Shown here: piece by piece, positions 13,991-27,744 of the stretch
Numbering within the stretch: the first letter of the stretch is position 1
Layout of the letters: each line of letters begins with the position of its first letter
Assembly (NCBI RefSeq): GCF_009914755.1
Contig: NC_060936.1
Origin: the human T2T-CHM13v2.0 reference genome, Homo sapiens
DNA: 64,000 bases
Strand: one strand, 5' to 3'
Position numbers and translations under genes: made by a program
The notes under the pieces: model-generated
The model's database searches: none
What the model was told of the DNA's origin: nothing
The model's input: the letters and a program-made list of their open reading frames with translations, nothing else

Positions 13991-15069
13991 CTTGATTTTC
14001 TCCACATCTTTCCCAACACTGAGTGTTAACTGATTTTTTAAATCTTTTGCTAGCCAATAGTCAAACATACCCTATTGCTCTTTTTTTATTATTATTAGTT
14101 AGATGGATCTTATTTCCTCTATTAGATGCTTGATGAATATTCATATTGTTTTATGAACATCCAGCTCACGGGCTCATCCTATTTCTTTATTGAGGTTTTA
14201 GGGTTTTTTCTTACCCATTTGACCATGTAGTATCACTTTTGCTGTTGGTACCTGCTAAAACATTAAGAAAATAACTTATTGTTTTATCAGGAATTTATGA
14301 TGAATTTTATAGAGCACCTTTTTACATTCTAGGTAATTTCATGTGCTTTCTTTAAGTATGTTTTCTACTTTGAACTATTAATGTAACAAACTTTAAGAAT
14401 AGATTTCTTACCTTATCCCAAACTTACATTACTACGGTGTGTCCCACTTTGTGGTACTGCATTATTCTTTTAAGATACTTCTGAATCCAGTTTTGCATCT
14501 ATATTTATAAATGAGGTGTGTGTATTCTTTTTTTCCTGCAATTTTTAAAATCATGGTTATGTTAGTCTTATAAATAAGCTGAAGCCCTTCTGTCTTTTGC
14601 TGTGCTCTAGAACCATTTACATATATAGGAGCTATTTGTGGTATACTCTATTTTTTTCCTGCCTCATTACTGATCCTCTTTCTTCACCTCATTTTGACAT
14701 CATTTCAATAATTTTAATGGTATTTAGAGAGAAAAGAGAAGTAAATATAGTATCTCAAATTGTTATCTTGAGGTAGAACCTGCCCCATCTTTTAAAATCA
14801 GAAAGCTTTTGCATTCTTGAGCCATTCTCATATAATTATGGAAGGAAAAGGAGGTGAGACATATGAAAGGATTGCTTTGGAGAGTTGTTGGCAAGTTGAC
14901 TTCTGCTTGCCTGTAATTTCATTAATTTCTTTTCTTTCCCCTTCTTTTCCTATGATGATACTATTATTAGTAGTACTATTTTCACCATCTTCAATATCAT
15001 TACTATGCTCTATAACATATTAGAGCCTGTTTACACTGCACTAAATTATAGTTAATCCTTTATACTGTA

Positions 15070-15196
15070 AACTTGGGCTGTATTAACGGAAGTGTCCAGG
15101 GTAAGGGAAATGATAACTTCATGTTACTTTTTCATGGTCAGAATATTTCAGCAGAATTATGTTGAGTTCAGGGTACTACATTAAAAATGTGTTGAC
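15070..15196 (+). mobile_element. L3/CR1 fragment (left part of a split element)
   Basis: CTTGGGCTGTATTAACGGAAGTGTCCAGGGTAAGGGA...TGGTCAGA...GAGTTCAGGGTACTACATT matches recalled L3 ORF2. Confidence 0.6.
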
Positions 15197-15797
15197 ATTT
15201 TAAGTAACAAAAACATTACAGGTTCTTTGGGAAAAAAAATTGAAAGACTAAATAGTAAAAAGGAAACAAAAATGACCCTGATACAACCTTATGGATAAAT
15301 CCATCATTCTAGGCTTCAATCTGTGCACATAATTCATATATATTTTTACAAAAATAGAATTATCTTCTATGTTACTGTTTTGCAAACCTGCTTTTTCAGG
15401 TCACAATATGTTGCTAACATTTCTCATGTCATTAACTATTCTTTCCCAAGATCATTTTAATGAATGCATTGTAATTTTATCTGTAACTGTATTAACAGAT
15501 TCTCTATTGTTAAATATTTGTTTCCATTTTATTACTATTTATGGTGCAGCAATGAACAAGATATGGTGATTATTTTCTTGAGATAAATTCCTGGAAGTGG
15601 AATTGTTGGTTGAACATTATGACTTATAATAAGCTAAGCCAAATTTTTCTCTAGTGGTTATTTCATCTCTCATTCCATAGTAAGAGTAAAAAGGCAACCA
15701 TTCCTTAAACCAACAAAGAGGACTGTATTTATATTAGTAGTTTCCAATTTGATTGACAAAAAAGAATATTTCATTTTGACATGCATTTCTTTAATTA

Positions 15798-16128
15798 CAC
15801 ATGTCCATGATCTCTAGTTCAATGATTCTTTTAAAATTTGGATTTTGTTTAGATTTTTAGCAAGGTAATATAGAACTGCATATTGTACAACCACCTCAGG
15901 GGACCTGAGATTTAAAAGCTTTAAACAAACAAGCCCCTTCATCTTTCTACAGTGAAAACTATGAATATCCACACTAAGTGGGGGCAGACATTGGCCATTC
16001 ATATTCTCCCTTATTATCAGGTTTTGCCATCAGGTCCAGTTCAGTTTTGCTGCTGAATGAATGATGAAAAATCTTTATTTTCAGAGCTTTTCTATTTCAA
16101 AATTGAGGACAAGGGACGAAAGATGTGC
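15798..16128. mobile_element. Old TcMar-Tigger-like DNA transposon relic
   Basis: Terminal TTTTCAGAGCTTTTCTATTTCAAAATTGAGGACAAGGGA resembles a Tigger-type terminus. It interrupts otherwise contiguous L1ME sequence. Confidence 0.4.
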
Positions 16129-16545
16129 AGTGGAGATATTTTTTCTCAACTATTTATATTTATATTATTTATTATATTATTTATAGCTATTTATATTTAT
16201 TCTTTTTGTGAATTGGTTGTTCACATCCTTTACATAATTTTATCTTAGGATGGTTAATATTTTTCTCATTGTCTTGTAATAGCTCCTTGCACATTAAAGA
16301 AATTACCCCTTTTCCTGTTATATATGTTACACATATTTGTTCTGAGTTTTATTTGTTGAGATTGTTTACAACAGTTGTTTTCAAGATTGAATCTACCCAA
16401 GAATCACCTGATATGTGTGTGTTTATGTCTGTATGTGGTGTGGAGTGGGTGTGTCCATGCGTGTATACAAATTCTTGAACACTGCTCATAGAAAATTTTA
16501 TATAAAACATATAAAAAAGGTCAGGATAGAACTCTGGCATGTGAA

Positions 16546-16946
<401 letters not shown>

Positions 16947-17054
16947 TTAATTTATGAGAGGGTGTGTTCAACATACAGTTGTTTTAAATGTATCAATCTT
17001 TTTCTTTGTGATATCTGCTTTTTATGTTAAGCTGAATGTTCTGTGTTTCAAATG

Positions 17055-17290
17055 AGACAGTGAAGAACTGGAAAGTGTGTCCAGAGACCAACATCCAGGA
17101 TCTTGAGAGACCTAGAGAATGATATTAGAGGACTGATGGAGGAAAGGGAGGTGTTTAGCTTGAAGCATAGACTTTCAGTAGGAACATGCTCTCTACCCTC
17201 ATGTATTTGAAAGACTGTCATATGGAAAAGAGAATGTAGCTATTCTATGTTGCATCAGATCATATGAAGAGCAATGTGCTGAAATTCAGG
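17055..17290 (+). mobile_element. L3/CR1 fragment (right part of a split element)
   Basis: AACTGGAAAGTGTGTCCAGAG...GTGTTTAGCTTGAAG...TATTTGAAAGACTGTCATATGGAAAAGAG closely follows recalled L3 consensus. Confidence 0.72.
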
Positions 17291-19869
17291 GCATCAAATC
17301 CATCTTCCACTGTGAGTTTTCCTTTATAAAACAGCTCTGATCATATCACTCCCCTATTTGGAAAACTTCTGTGGCTTTTGTTGTCTTTAAAACATTCAAT
17401 GTCCTATGAGGCCCTTTGCAATCCAGGCCTCATTGGGGAACTTCACCACACTATTCACCAAATGTGTCGCCCAAATGAATGGTTCTATGTTTCTTAAAAT
17501 TCAGTAGGTTCACACTGTCCTCCTTTTCAAACTGTAGAGTTTCACAGGCTACCTATATACTGAAGCCTCCTTCTTTCTAGCCTGAGCCGTATGTTAAGCT
17601 CTAGTCAAGGCGGAGGCCTTGGAAGTCAGTTTCTCAACAGCCTCTCTGCAGAATGTCACCAATTTGACCTAATACAAAAGATAAGTCATTAAAAAACTTG
17701 ATAAAGTACTTATATTTGTATATATTTACCTATATTTTTATGTATTTAATATTTATTAGCTATACTGTAGGTACTGGGGCTACAAAGGTAATTAAATACA
17801 TATCCTCTCTTCTAAGAACCTTAACATCTCAAAAAAAAATGAAAATTCAATAGGAAAGATTAGTGAATATTTAAAAATTGAAGAGGTGATTACAACTCTG
17901 TAATTCATATTTCAGCCATTGTTGAAATTTGAATGAATTTATAGTACATTCAGGTATAAAACTATCTTTGGTAATACAGTGTTTAGGAGGATAAATAAAA
18001 GGAAAAGAATTAAACTTGTTTGAGTTGTGTAGAGGAATAACAGGATTGTGTTTGGAATCGAAATGCATAATTTTTGCCAAGATGATTAAGTAGAAGATGT
18101 TTATGATTCCATTGAAAATTTGATTGGTGTTATACAGTATGTTAACTAAAAGACACACTCATTTTTACTTGCTCAGGAATCCTTATAATGTTCATTAAAG
18201 TGCCTGCATGTTTTTGCATAACAAAAGAGAATGTGCATAGTTAACCACCGAACATCTTGGGATAATAAACATTTTATATATTTTAACATCTGTTATATTT
18301 ATGTTTCATTCTGGCCATTAACGGATAGTTTTAACTTCCATGACTTTTTTTTTCTTATTGTTACATAGAAATATGAAGCAGGAGTTCTAGTTTTTCTAGC
18401 AATCAGTTACTCAGGTGTATTGCATATTGCATTTAGAGTCAGTCCTTTCAGATATAAGTGTGCTGTGCAGGAAAAGTTCCGAGTCAGTAAGAACTCCACA
18501 GTTGCCAAGATCAGAAGCCCCTAATATTTTAATTCCATATCTCCACACTTCCTGAGCTGGCTAGTGAGCTGTCATGGAATGCCCATTAAGGAAAATGCAT
18601 CCCACCACATTACATACTGTGACTTAAACATCCAGACCCAGGCCTGAACTTCTGTGACGGATTACAAATGTGTTTTTCTCTATGGAGCGGTGAGCCAGTT
18701 AAGTAATTTGTAAATAGTGAACTTGTCAACCAAATGTGGCTTGATGTTATCTCTAGTTGATCAAAAACCCTAGCTTTTTCTCCAGTTGATTAATGACCCT
18801 TTTATTCTTTCACTATGGAACATTCTAAGAGTTGATACTAATTGTATTAGTTATGGCTGATTTCCTTTGGAAGTTCTAAAACAGTGCATAACCCTCTAGA
18901 ATATGAACTCCTTGAAGGCACAGCCATCGTACATATCTTAGTATTGCCACCATTTGGCCAGTGTATTGCAGTAAGAGTTTTCATAAATGTGCGCTGACTC
19001 AAATTGAATTGAATTAACTTCATTTGCCATGGAAGATAAAAACTATTAAGAATTTCAGCACTGTTAACATTCTCAGTTCTGTGTAGGGGTTGAAGATTTA
19101 CAGAAACAGTGCATTTTATTCTGCCAGTAAGTAAATAACTCTACAAGAAAACTGCTAGCTTTTATAGTTCCTTCGTTCAGCTACTTTTAGAAAATTAGTG
19201 TCACGGATCAGCCACAGCAGCAAATTCTAGCCAGACAAAGCACGTGTTACAATCACTGATATAACTTATAACTAAAAGATATCTTTGGTTGGAATTTAGA
19301 TGTTTTCCCCAAATTTAAAATTTTTCAAATCTTTATCTTTTTCTACCATTTCAATTTGCTTGTTTCTACAGAATTCTAGAATCTTCTTGTAGCAGAAAGA
19401 TCTTTTCATTACCAGGAAAGTCAGATACCATTCAAAAAAACCAATGTAATGCAGAAAAGAAAGTGTCATAAATAGTTCTTAAATATAGATTTTATCAGTA
19501 AACAAGTCTCTTGTTACATCAATGATTCCTGGAATCAGGATGAGGTGCTTTAAAGGTTTAGGGACCTGATGTAATACCAGAAATAAGACAAGTCTTGGAT
19601 AGCTCAAGACAAATTATACTTCTCAGAACCCTAACTTCCACAGAGATGCCACATGGGTCACAGAAGGGACAAGCAGAAGCCATGAAGTGAGTAGTGGATG
19701 GGAGATGGACTATCCCACCACAACCAGAACACCTTCCATCTTATTGCAGATTCCTATAAAACATCTCTCAGGGTTTCACTGTGTAAAATATTTTGACTGC
19801 TACAGCTCTATAACAGTGGCCCAAATGTAATATGAAATTACATAGGAAGAATGTAAGGGTTCTGAGTAA

Positions 19870-20106
19870 TCACAGTGCAAACATACAGAATAGAGGCTCA
19901 GCAGCAATAGGTGTGAAAATATCCTGTTGCACAGTATCAACCAATACCATGATGTGGCTGCCCCACTAAACACACACACCAAAACTAATAAGAACTGGAG
20001 CTGTATTAAAAGAAATAAGGAATTTAAAGCAGTGGAGGTGAGCACTAGTCTGAACTGGTCAACTTCACGTAGCCAGAATAGTCTTCAGAAAGATGTACAT
20101 AAAGCT
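19870..20106 (+). mobile_element. L3/CR1 fragment
   Basis: GGCTCAGCAGCA...GTGTGAAAA, CATGATGTGGCTGCC...AAAACTAAT...GCTGTATTAAAAGAA resemble L3. Confidence 0.5.
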
Positions 20107-20248
20107 GTAATTCCCAGCTGTCTGTACCGTATTTGGTGTTTAACCCAATCTTTCTTCCTGTTGTGATAGTGTTGACATCTATCACAATGGTCTGAATAAA
20201 GTCTTCCTTACCATTTTAAAAAGTGTCAGAATATTGTTTTCTTCAACA
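20107..20248 (+). mobile_element. ERV1 LTR 3' fragment (MER31-like)
   Basis: Ends CTGAATAAAGTCTTCCTTACCATTTTAAAAAGTGTCAGAATATTGTTTTCTTCAACA (poly(A) signal and terminal CA). Confidence 0.7.
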
Positions 20249-20249
20249 C

Positions 20250-20905
20250 AACTACTACCTCACGATGCATCTCCAGAAATTTTTTATCTTGTGACTCTGA
20301 AACTCTGTGTCCACTAAACAGTAACTCCCCATTCCTTTCTCCCCTTGTGCCTGAGCAACCACTCTTCCACTTTCTGTCTTTATAAATTTGACTACTCTAT
20401 GTACCTCGTACAAGAACAATCATATAGCATTTATCCTATTGTGTCTGGCTTACTTCACTTAGCATATGTCTTTAAGGTTTATCTCTGTCATAGCAGGTGT
20501 CAGAATTTCCTTTCTTTTTAGGGCTAATTACTATGTCTTTGTATGTATATACCGTATTTTGTTTATCCATTGATCTATCCATGGACACTTGGGTTGCTTC
20601 CATCTTTTGTGAATAATGCTGCTATGAACATTTGTATGATGGGCATAGAAATGTCTGTTCAAGTTCCTACTTTCAGGGGTTTTTTTGGAAATATACTCAA
20701 AAGTAGAATTCCTGGATCATCTGGTAATTCTATTTTTAATTTTTTGAGGAAGTGCCGTACCGTTTACATTCCCACTGTCAATGCACAAGGGTTCCAATTT
20801 CTCCACATCCTCTCCAACACTGTTATTTTCTGGATTTTTCTGGATTGTAGCCATCTTACTGAATGTGAAGTGGTATCTCATTGTGGTTTTGATTGCATTT
20901 TTTAA
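20250..20905 (-). mobile_element. L1MB-like 3' fragment
   Basis: CTGAAACTCTGTGTCCACTAAACAGTAACTCCCCATTCC...GTCAGAATTTCCTT...GTGGTATCTCATTGTGGTTTTGATTGCATTT. Confidence 0.85.
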
Positions 20906-21026
20906 TGAGGAACCTTTTTTAAAAAAGTTAACTTTTTTATGTAAGTTAAAATAAAACCTTTATTTCTAAGTTATTTGGGGCTGTTCCTCCTAATAACCCT
21001 AGAAGCCTCCTGACTATGCTCTAAGG

Positions 21027-21336
21027 CAGCTCTGTCCAATGGAAATACATTGTGAACTACATGTGTAATGGTAAGTTTTCTAGCAGCCACATTAAAAAAG
21101 GAACATGTAACATTAATTTTAATAACATCTTTATTTAACCCAATATTTAACCCAATTAAAATATTATAATTCTACCTGTAATCAATATAAAATTATTGAT
21201 GAGATATTTTACATTTTTTTCATACTAAGTTGTTAGTGTGCATTTTATACTTATAGCACATCTCATTTCTACCTGTCCACATTTCAAGTGTTTAATAGCC
21301 ACATGTAGCTAGTGACTACCGTATTGGACAAGTCCA
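21027..21336. mobile_element. MER33 hAT-Charlie DNA transposon
   Basis: Termini CAGCTCTGTCCAAT ... ACCGTATTGGACA; internal TTCTAGCAGCCACATTAAAAAAG and CACATTTCAAGTG. Confidence 0.88.
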
Positions 21337-21896
21337 AGATCTTGATTCTAATTGAATACTCACTAATCTTGTGACAAATTAGAAGGCAAAAACAACCAAT
21401 GATCATATGTGATTTGCAGAAATCCTATGTCCATAGGCAGCTTGTGCATGGAGGTAACGTTTCCACCTCACCAACATCCACACATTGACCATGTGTATGC
21501 ACACTCACACATGGAAGGAAACCTCCTTCTGGATAGAAGTAGCAACAGGGTCTCACTATTTTGTTATATTACTATAAGGTAATGGCATTGTTTTATACTA
21601 TTTTACATTTTAATTTAAAACTGAGAGTATTTCAGCTAAACTATAAGTTTAAAAACATTGTTTAGCAAGTCTGGGAACCTAACCCCAAATTATTTGATTT
21701 CCCAGGAATCAATATGTAAACAAAGTGTAGAATCACAACATTTATGATTTGGTCAATTTCTGTGTGGAGGTGACCACTGAATATTTGATTTAGATCTCCA
21801 ATAAGGGCTTTTAATTCCACTCTAGTATTTCTTCTAGTGGGACCTTTTTTTAAAAAAAAAAAAATCTTTTTTTCTCTTTTTTTTTGTTGGCAGCAG

Positions 21897-22020
21897 GTGA
21901 GCCACCTTAGTAGTACTATTTAAACTCTTTGATCATCTAAATGACTCTTTAAGTTAAGGCACTACACTACAAAGTAAATAAAGCAACCTGGGTGTCAAAT
22001 CAGACATTGTCACAAGAGAG
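21897..22020 (+). other. Candidate recursive splice site / RS-exon (or 3-nt microexon at 21894-21896)
   Basis: Pyrimidine tract 21865-21888, then CAGCAG|GTGAGC; downstream donor GAG|GTAAGA at 22020/22021. Motif evidence only. Confidence 0.3.
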
Positions 22021-22629
22021 GTAAGATCCTCTGAGAGCTTTGTCAGCTTTAATAACCATGGTGTTTCATAAGCTGAGAGTTGTCTTCAGGGCCCAACTGT
22101 CACTGAAAAGCCCATGATGGTGTTTCTTGGGCTGGCATATTTATTTCCTCTGTGCACAGCCTCCACACTCAAGAGTTAAAGAGCTTTCAAGTGATAAGAT
22201 AAGGAACTGTTAGATAAGGAACTTCAAATGATAAGATAAGAAGGAACTGTTTATCAATTTAAGCTTAAATGTTGACTGTTTAGATAGCAGGGTGATTGTT
22301 CATGAATTAATGATGCAGTAAAGTTCATTTACATTTAATGGACAATATTAACTATCTTTCCAAGCTTCCTATAGAATTCAACAATTTTTTACTGCTCAAA
22401 GTTTTGAATACCCTTTCTTGTCCACTGGAAATTTTTCCCTTCCTCTAGGGAGTGGATACCTGGAGACCGAATCCATGCCTGCTACTAGCCTTCAGTACCC
22501 CAAGCACCCAATTTCACAGCAGTACTTTGTGACACTTGCTAATTCATTGACTGATGAAGAAAACTTTATTCTTGTCACCTTGGGCACATAGGTTTTATCT
22601 GTGCTGCCAAAAATAAATTTAATTAATTA

Positions 22630-22915
22630 AGATAAGATTTATTAATAATGTGTGAATGCCTACCAATCATCAACTCTGTGCTAGAGGCATCACACTTATT
22701 TATCAATTTATCACATATCTGAGGCACATGTAGATGGAACAGCCACTTTTTCTGTTACATGTATGTAAACCAAGTCCCAGAGAAGACACATCTTGACTGC
22801 ATCTGTTACCAGCTCTGGCACACTGGCTATATTTAACCTCTCTGGGTTCCAGTTTCCCATATCTATAAAATGGGGGTAATAAAACTAAGTGTTGCTATAA
22901 GAAATAAATTGCATA
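22630..22915. mobile_element. Two adjacent MIR fragments (minus, then plus)
   Basis: Plus core TTTAACCTCTCTGGGTTCCAGTTTCCCATATCTATAAAATGGGGGTAATAA. The minus fragment upstream is weaker. Confidence 0.6.
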
Positions 22916-23377
22916 GTTTTATTTTAATAGCTTTCCTTCTTCACTTTGTAAGAATGGAATAAGTTTGTGCAGAGCATTTCACTTCTTACTAGAAGGTGGA
23001 AAAAATATCTTCTTACTTTGAATAACAAAGCCAGTCTTTGGGTTATGCCAAATTGCTCTGTATCAGACAAACAACTGGACCAAAGGAAAAGAAAACCAAG
23101 TGGGCTTATTTAAGCCTACCTTTGAATATTTTATAATAATATGACCACTGATAAAATTGTTCTAGATCCCTGTTGTAATCTAAGTTAAAAGTTATAATCC
23201 TGGCATAATTAATATCTAAATTCTCAAGCACTGTGAGAGTTCTATCAATTCTAGAATTTCATAGAATTAGGAGAAGTATGGAATTTATTATAGAATTTTC
23301 ATAAGTCTATGAACTTTTTTTTCAGAGCCAGCTTCCAGCTAGGAGCTTATAAAAACAAATTAAACAAACTACTGTTA

Positions 23378-23379
<2 letters not shown>

Positions 23380-23421
<42 letters not shown>

Positions 23422-23427
23422 ACACAC
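23380..23427. repeat. (CA)n microsatellite with one GA interruption
   Basis: Directly visible. Confidence 0.98.
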
Positions 23428-24055
23428 CCCTACACTTAGAGAAATTCTTGACTAGAAATAAACTGTCCTAAATTGAATATCAGCATTTCCCAGCATTTTC
23501 ATAGTAAGTATAATTCTCTGTGTGTGTGTACACAGCTTTAATTAATATAAAGGATTGAAAATATCCATATCTTTAAGATCTCTTTTACTTTAAAATAATT
23601 TATATAAAGCTATACCGATTCTGTTGCAACTGACATTAAGAGATTTTAAATGTCTTTGTACATTGACAGTTTCTTAACACATTACATATTTTTATTACAG
23701 TTTGATAAGATGTAAATGATTACTGAAGAGTGTTCCTTAATATTTCAAAACTGATGGCAATTGTGTTGTCAAAACCACCCAGACAATTTATAGATCTCTC
23801 ACCAATTTGAGACTGCATTGTTCTTACTGGAAGTGCCTTTGATCAACAGCTCCAGGTTTCTTGCTTCAGAATGCATGGAGTAAGTGTACTGCATGGAGTA
23901 GTGTCATTTATTTGATAAGAGCTTTTTAAACCCAAACAATATGCCAGGCCCTGGGCATAAAATATGGTGGATAAAACTGGAACTGCCCTTTTGGAGCCTG
24001 GAATCTTGTGATAGAAGTAGATATTAACTAATGAATTATAGAAATAAATACATAT

Positions 24056-24424
24056 TGATATGGTTTGGCTGTGTCCCCACCCAAATCTCATCTTGAATTG
24101 TAGTTCCCATAAGCCTGACTTGTTGTGGGAGGGACATGGTGGGCAGAAATTGGATCATGGAGACAGTTACCCCCATGCTGTAATCATGATAGTGAGTTCT
24201 CACAAGATCTGATAGTTTTATAAGGAGCTTTCCCCCTTTGCTTGGCACTTCTCCTTCCTGCCACCATGTGAAGAAGGACATGCTTGCTTCCCCTTCCTCC
24301 ATGATTGTAAGTTTCCTGAGGCCTCCCCAGCCCTGTGGAACTGTGAGTCAATTAAACCTGTTTCTTTTATGAATTACCCAGTCTTGGACAGTTTTTGATA
24401 GCAGCATGAGAACAAACTAATACA
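24056..24424 (+). mobile_element. MaLR solo LTR (THE1C/D-like), inserted in an L2 fragment
   Basis: TGATATGGTTTGGCTGTGTCCCCACCCAAATCTCATCTTGAATTG...AACTAATACA; 5-bp TSD CATAT/CATAG. Confidence 0.95.
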
Positions 24425-24569
24425 CATAGGTACAAGTTGTGGTGATTTGTATTATGGAGAAGTAAAGAGAGATAGGAAAACACTGAAAAGGGGAGAGACA
24501 TGGCATGGTCTGGGGAGCCTGGTTAGAGTTTACCTATCTGACTGATCAACCCCATGAAGAGGTTGATGA

Positions 24570-24780
24570 AAGGAAAGAACTGGGCTTTAAATGGATATGA
24601 GCTTGGGTTTCAAATCTGTCTGCTGTTATCCTGAGGGACGATGCTAAACCTCTCTGAAACCTCTGTTTTCTCATTTATAAAATGAATTATTGTATTTACC
24701 TCGATAGAATTTTTAGAGACTTTAAAATAGATTTCCTGGTGGCTGACACATAATGTGCATTTAGTAAACAATAATGTTCT
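24570..24780 (+). mobile_element. MIR SINE
   Basis: Core AACCTCTCTGAAACCTCTGTTTTCTCATTTATAAAATG. Confidence 0.7.
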
Positions 24781-26039
24781 TTCTTGGACTTCTCTTTTGA
24801 TGACAAACTTTTGCTTCATGCCTAATAAGATTGTATTCTGCTTCTTAAGTATGATTTCAAATCCTATTCATGACAAAGACTGTCAAGACAAGTAATTATG
24901 ACATAAAATTGTATCTGCTGTGGAAATACTTATATTCAATGTAGGGCTTTTTATTTCAGGTCAAATATTTGGTAATATAATTAAGGGAATGGATTCATTG
25001 ACTTTAGGAAAATAGCATTCATCCTGGATATCATTAGATTGGCTAAGCAAAGCTATGTGACTTAATGGAAAAGCTACCTTACCAAGATTTAGGAGTACAT
25101 GATTGTCATTGAGGCTCTTGAAAAGGCATGGTGCAGCTCTGGGCCTCAGGTGAACCCTAAGTCTTTTTTAATCACCTTGGAAAGCTGAAGAATGTGGTTG
25201 GTGCACATTTCACCTGCATGATTCTTATTCTTTCTGAGATTTTTAGCTTAAGAGTCACCTCTTCTGAGACACGTGGCATGATTACTTAAGGTTTGGCTTA
25301 TGTGGCACTGGGCTTCAGAAAGGAGGTTCCATTAAGAGAACCTTGCAACTCTTTACTTAACGCCTGGATGTAGGACGGAATCCTCCACCACATGATGCTC
25401 TCCACGAGGAGTGGAATAGTGGCCACCACACTCCTCAACTCTTGGCACAGTGACATTTAAAAAGTACTGTTTCATGAGTATCTGATTCATGATCTAAGAA
25501 AAAAAATTCAGTTATATGCTCAACACTATAAAAATCTTCTGAAAAAGTATATAGAATGGCCTTTCACTGTGATATTATAATTTCACAAGGAGAGCAAGCC
25601 AAAACACAAACAAAAAAATCAGAGAATGTAAGGGGGGCATTATAACATGAGGTATACTCTGTATGTTCATAGCCTCCAGAAATTGTCATGGAAAATTTGG
25701 GACTTTGGAGACTGGAAGAGAATTCACTAAGTAGAAAAGCAGACATGGTATATTGGGAGCACTGTAGGTGAGATATGGAACATTATGGTGATAGGCTTGA
25801 GAAGAGCAACAGAGTCCATGATGATTGTCAGTGGAAACTAACACTGGATATGTGGCCTGAAGTCAGATTATGGAAGCACTTGAAAATTCAGAGGAGTGTA
25901 GAAAGGTGGGGTCAGAAATATGGAGACATTAGTAGCTTTTAGCATGAAACTAACATGCTTAGAATAAAATATTTAGATTAGATTACAACAGATGAACTAA
26001 GTCTAAACAGAATAAGTCTCTGAGTAAAATCATTTTAAA

Positions 26040-26250
26040 GTAATACTTTATATGAAAATAGTATTTTTAATTCACTCTCATTGCTTTTTTCTCATTGATC
26101 ATCATAGCAGTTCAATCAGGTAAGATGATACTTGTATCTGTTTTACAAAGGAAGAAGTACATGCTCAGAGAGGTTAAGTTGTATATTCAGGGTCATCTAG
26201 TTAATTAATGGCAGAGCCAGAATTATCAGAAAAACATCCTGAATTTCAAC
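26040..26250 (-). mobile_element. MIR SINE
   Basis: TTTTACAAAGGAAGAA...GCTCAGAGAGGTTAAGT...AGGGTCA...ATGGCAGAGCCAG. Confidence 0.65.
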
Positions 26251-26799
26251 TTTCTATCATTAAAGTTAAAATGTATCTAATGGTAATAACTATGTAGTCC
26301 TGATTTTCATGTATATTGTCTAAAAACATAATCTTGGTAAAGACATGTAGAGATTTTTGTTGGTGAAGCTTTTCACTTTTTTGTTAAAAATATATACCTG
26401 TTTGTAAATCTGCACAACAGCATTGAAGAGAATCAAACAGATTTTGCTGGATTAACCCAAATTTATAATACTCAAGTACCATAATGCTTAAACAGTAGAA
26501 TACATTAATTGTCTTATGTATGAGCAATCAGTGACAATTCTTGCCACTAAAACTACATACACTACAATCTAAAGGGGGAAATGTTTGAACTATAAGAAAT
26601 AAAACCAGAAATATGGATTTGTTGCAAAGATGGGTTTTTCTGTAGAAGAGACATGATATACCTTCCATAAACAGAATCAATTTAGGATGTGGCAAGTACC
26701 ATGTTTAACTTTTAATTTCATGAGTGCAGCTATTTGATTCATACTTTGCGCCACATAAAAATACATTTCATAATTTGTTGCAGAATGTTTTGAGGGAAA

Positions 26800-26950
26800 G
26801 CTGTATAGTATTGTGTTTAAAAGGACAGATTCTAAAGTCAGCTTTGCTGAGGTACAAATCCTAGTCCCAGCATTTACTCACCCTGTGATCTTATGCAAGT
26901 TTGTAAGCCTTATTGTCTTTATCTGTAAAATGAAGAGAATAATAATTCAG
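26800..26950 (+). mobile_element. MIR SINE
   Basis: CAAATCCTAGTCCCAGCATTTACT...TGTGATCTT...ATCTGTAAAATGAAGAGAATAATAA. Confidence 0.65.
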
Positions 26951-27744
26951 TAAATTTTATCTATGATTGTTTTTAAAATAGGAAAATAAAAAAGAAGTGA
27001 ATTGATGGTAATGAGTAAAAAGGTTCTCATGCCAGCAAAACCACTATTATGCGTGTATTTCATACATAGACACATACATCTATATATTTTCTATTTGCCA
27101 TGAGCTACTAATTTGTATTCTAGAACATGTCTAACCCATTCAGTTTTCCAACCCTTTACTATAGAAGTGTCAGCATTAGATTTGCAGGAAAATGGAAAGC
27201 AAGCTTTTATGACATTTTACTGATTTTTAGTGATCCGTGGTGATTAATGAAGCTTTATGGGAAGCCAGAAACAAATAATTCCTGGATTCCTGGTTTTATG
27301 TTTTAGAGAAATCCATTAGGCATTGGAAAAGTGCCTGAAGGTTGCATTTAAAGCCTGTTTTAAAAAAAACCATAGGGGTTTTTTTTTGGAAAGCTATATA
27401 TGTAAAACATGGTATCAGTCATAGAGCAAGCACTTTATAAATGATTAAGTCTAGATTGTTCTTCCTTTCCCTTTTCTCCACTCAAGCTACAATCTACATC
27501 TTTTACAATTATTCATTCAAACTGATGTGAGTAAACATCAATCAGACCTACTGTCATCTAGAGCAATTCCTAAAAAGTAATAATAATAATTGATGCTGCT
27601 GACGGGAGCAGTATTATGAAGTTAAACGTGTAAGAAATAAGACTGATCTTTTAAAACAGTGTTTGAAACTCAGTGTCTTCGGTATCTTTTATCCTCTTTT
27701 GTGTGTAATATTCCTTTGCAGTTGGGGAAGCTTATAGAAGAAGC

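Noticed and set aside
24140-24160. DUX4-type site expected in THE1 LTRs
   Set aside because: Reads AAATTGGATCA here rather than TAATTGAATCA, so the motif appears degraded.
26090-26126. Possible 9/12-nt microexon ending CAG|GTAAGA
   Set aside because: Inside an antisense MIR that naturally carries a donor-like motif; weak pyrimidine tract.
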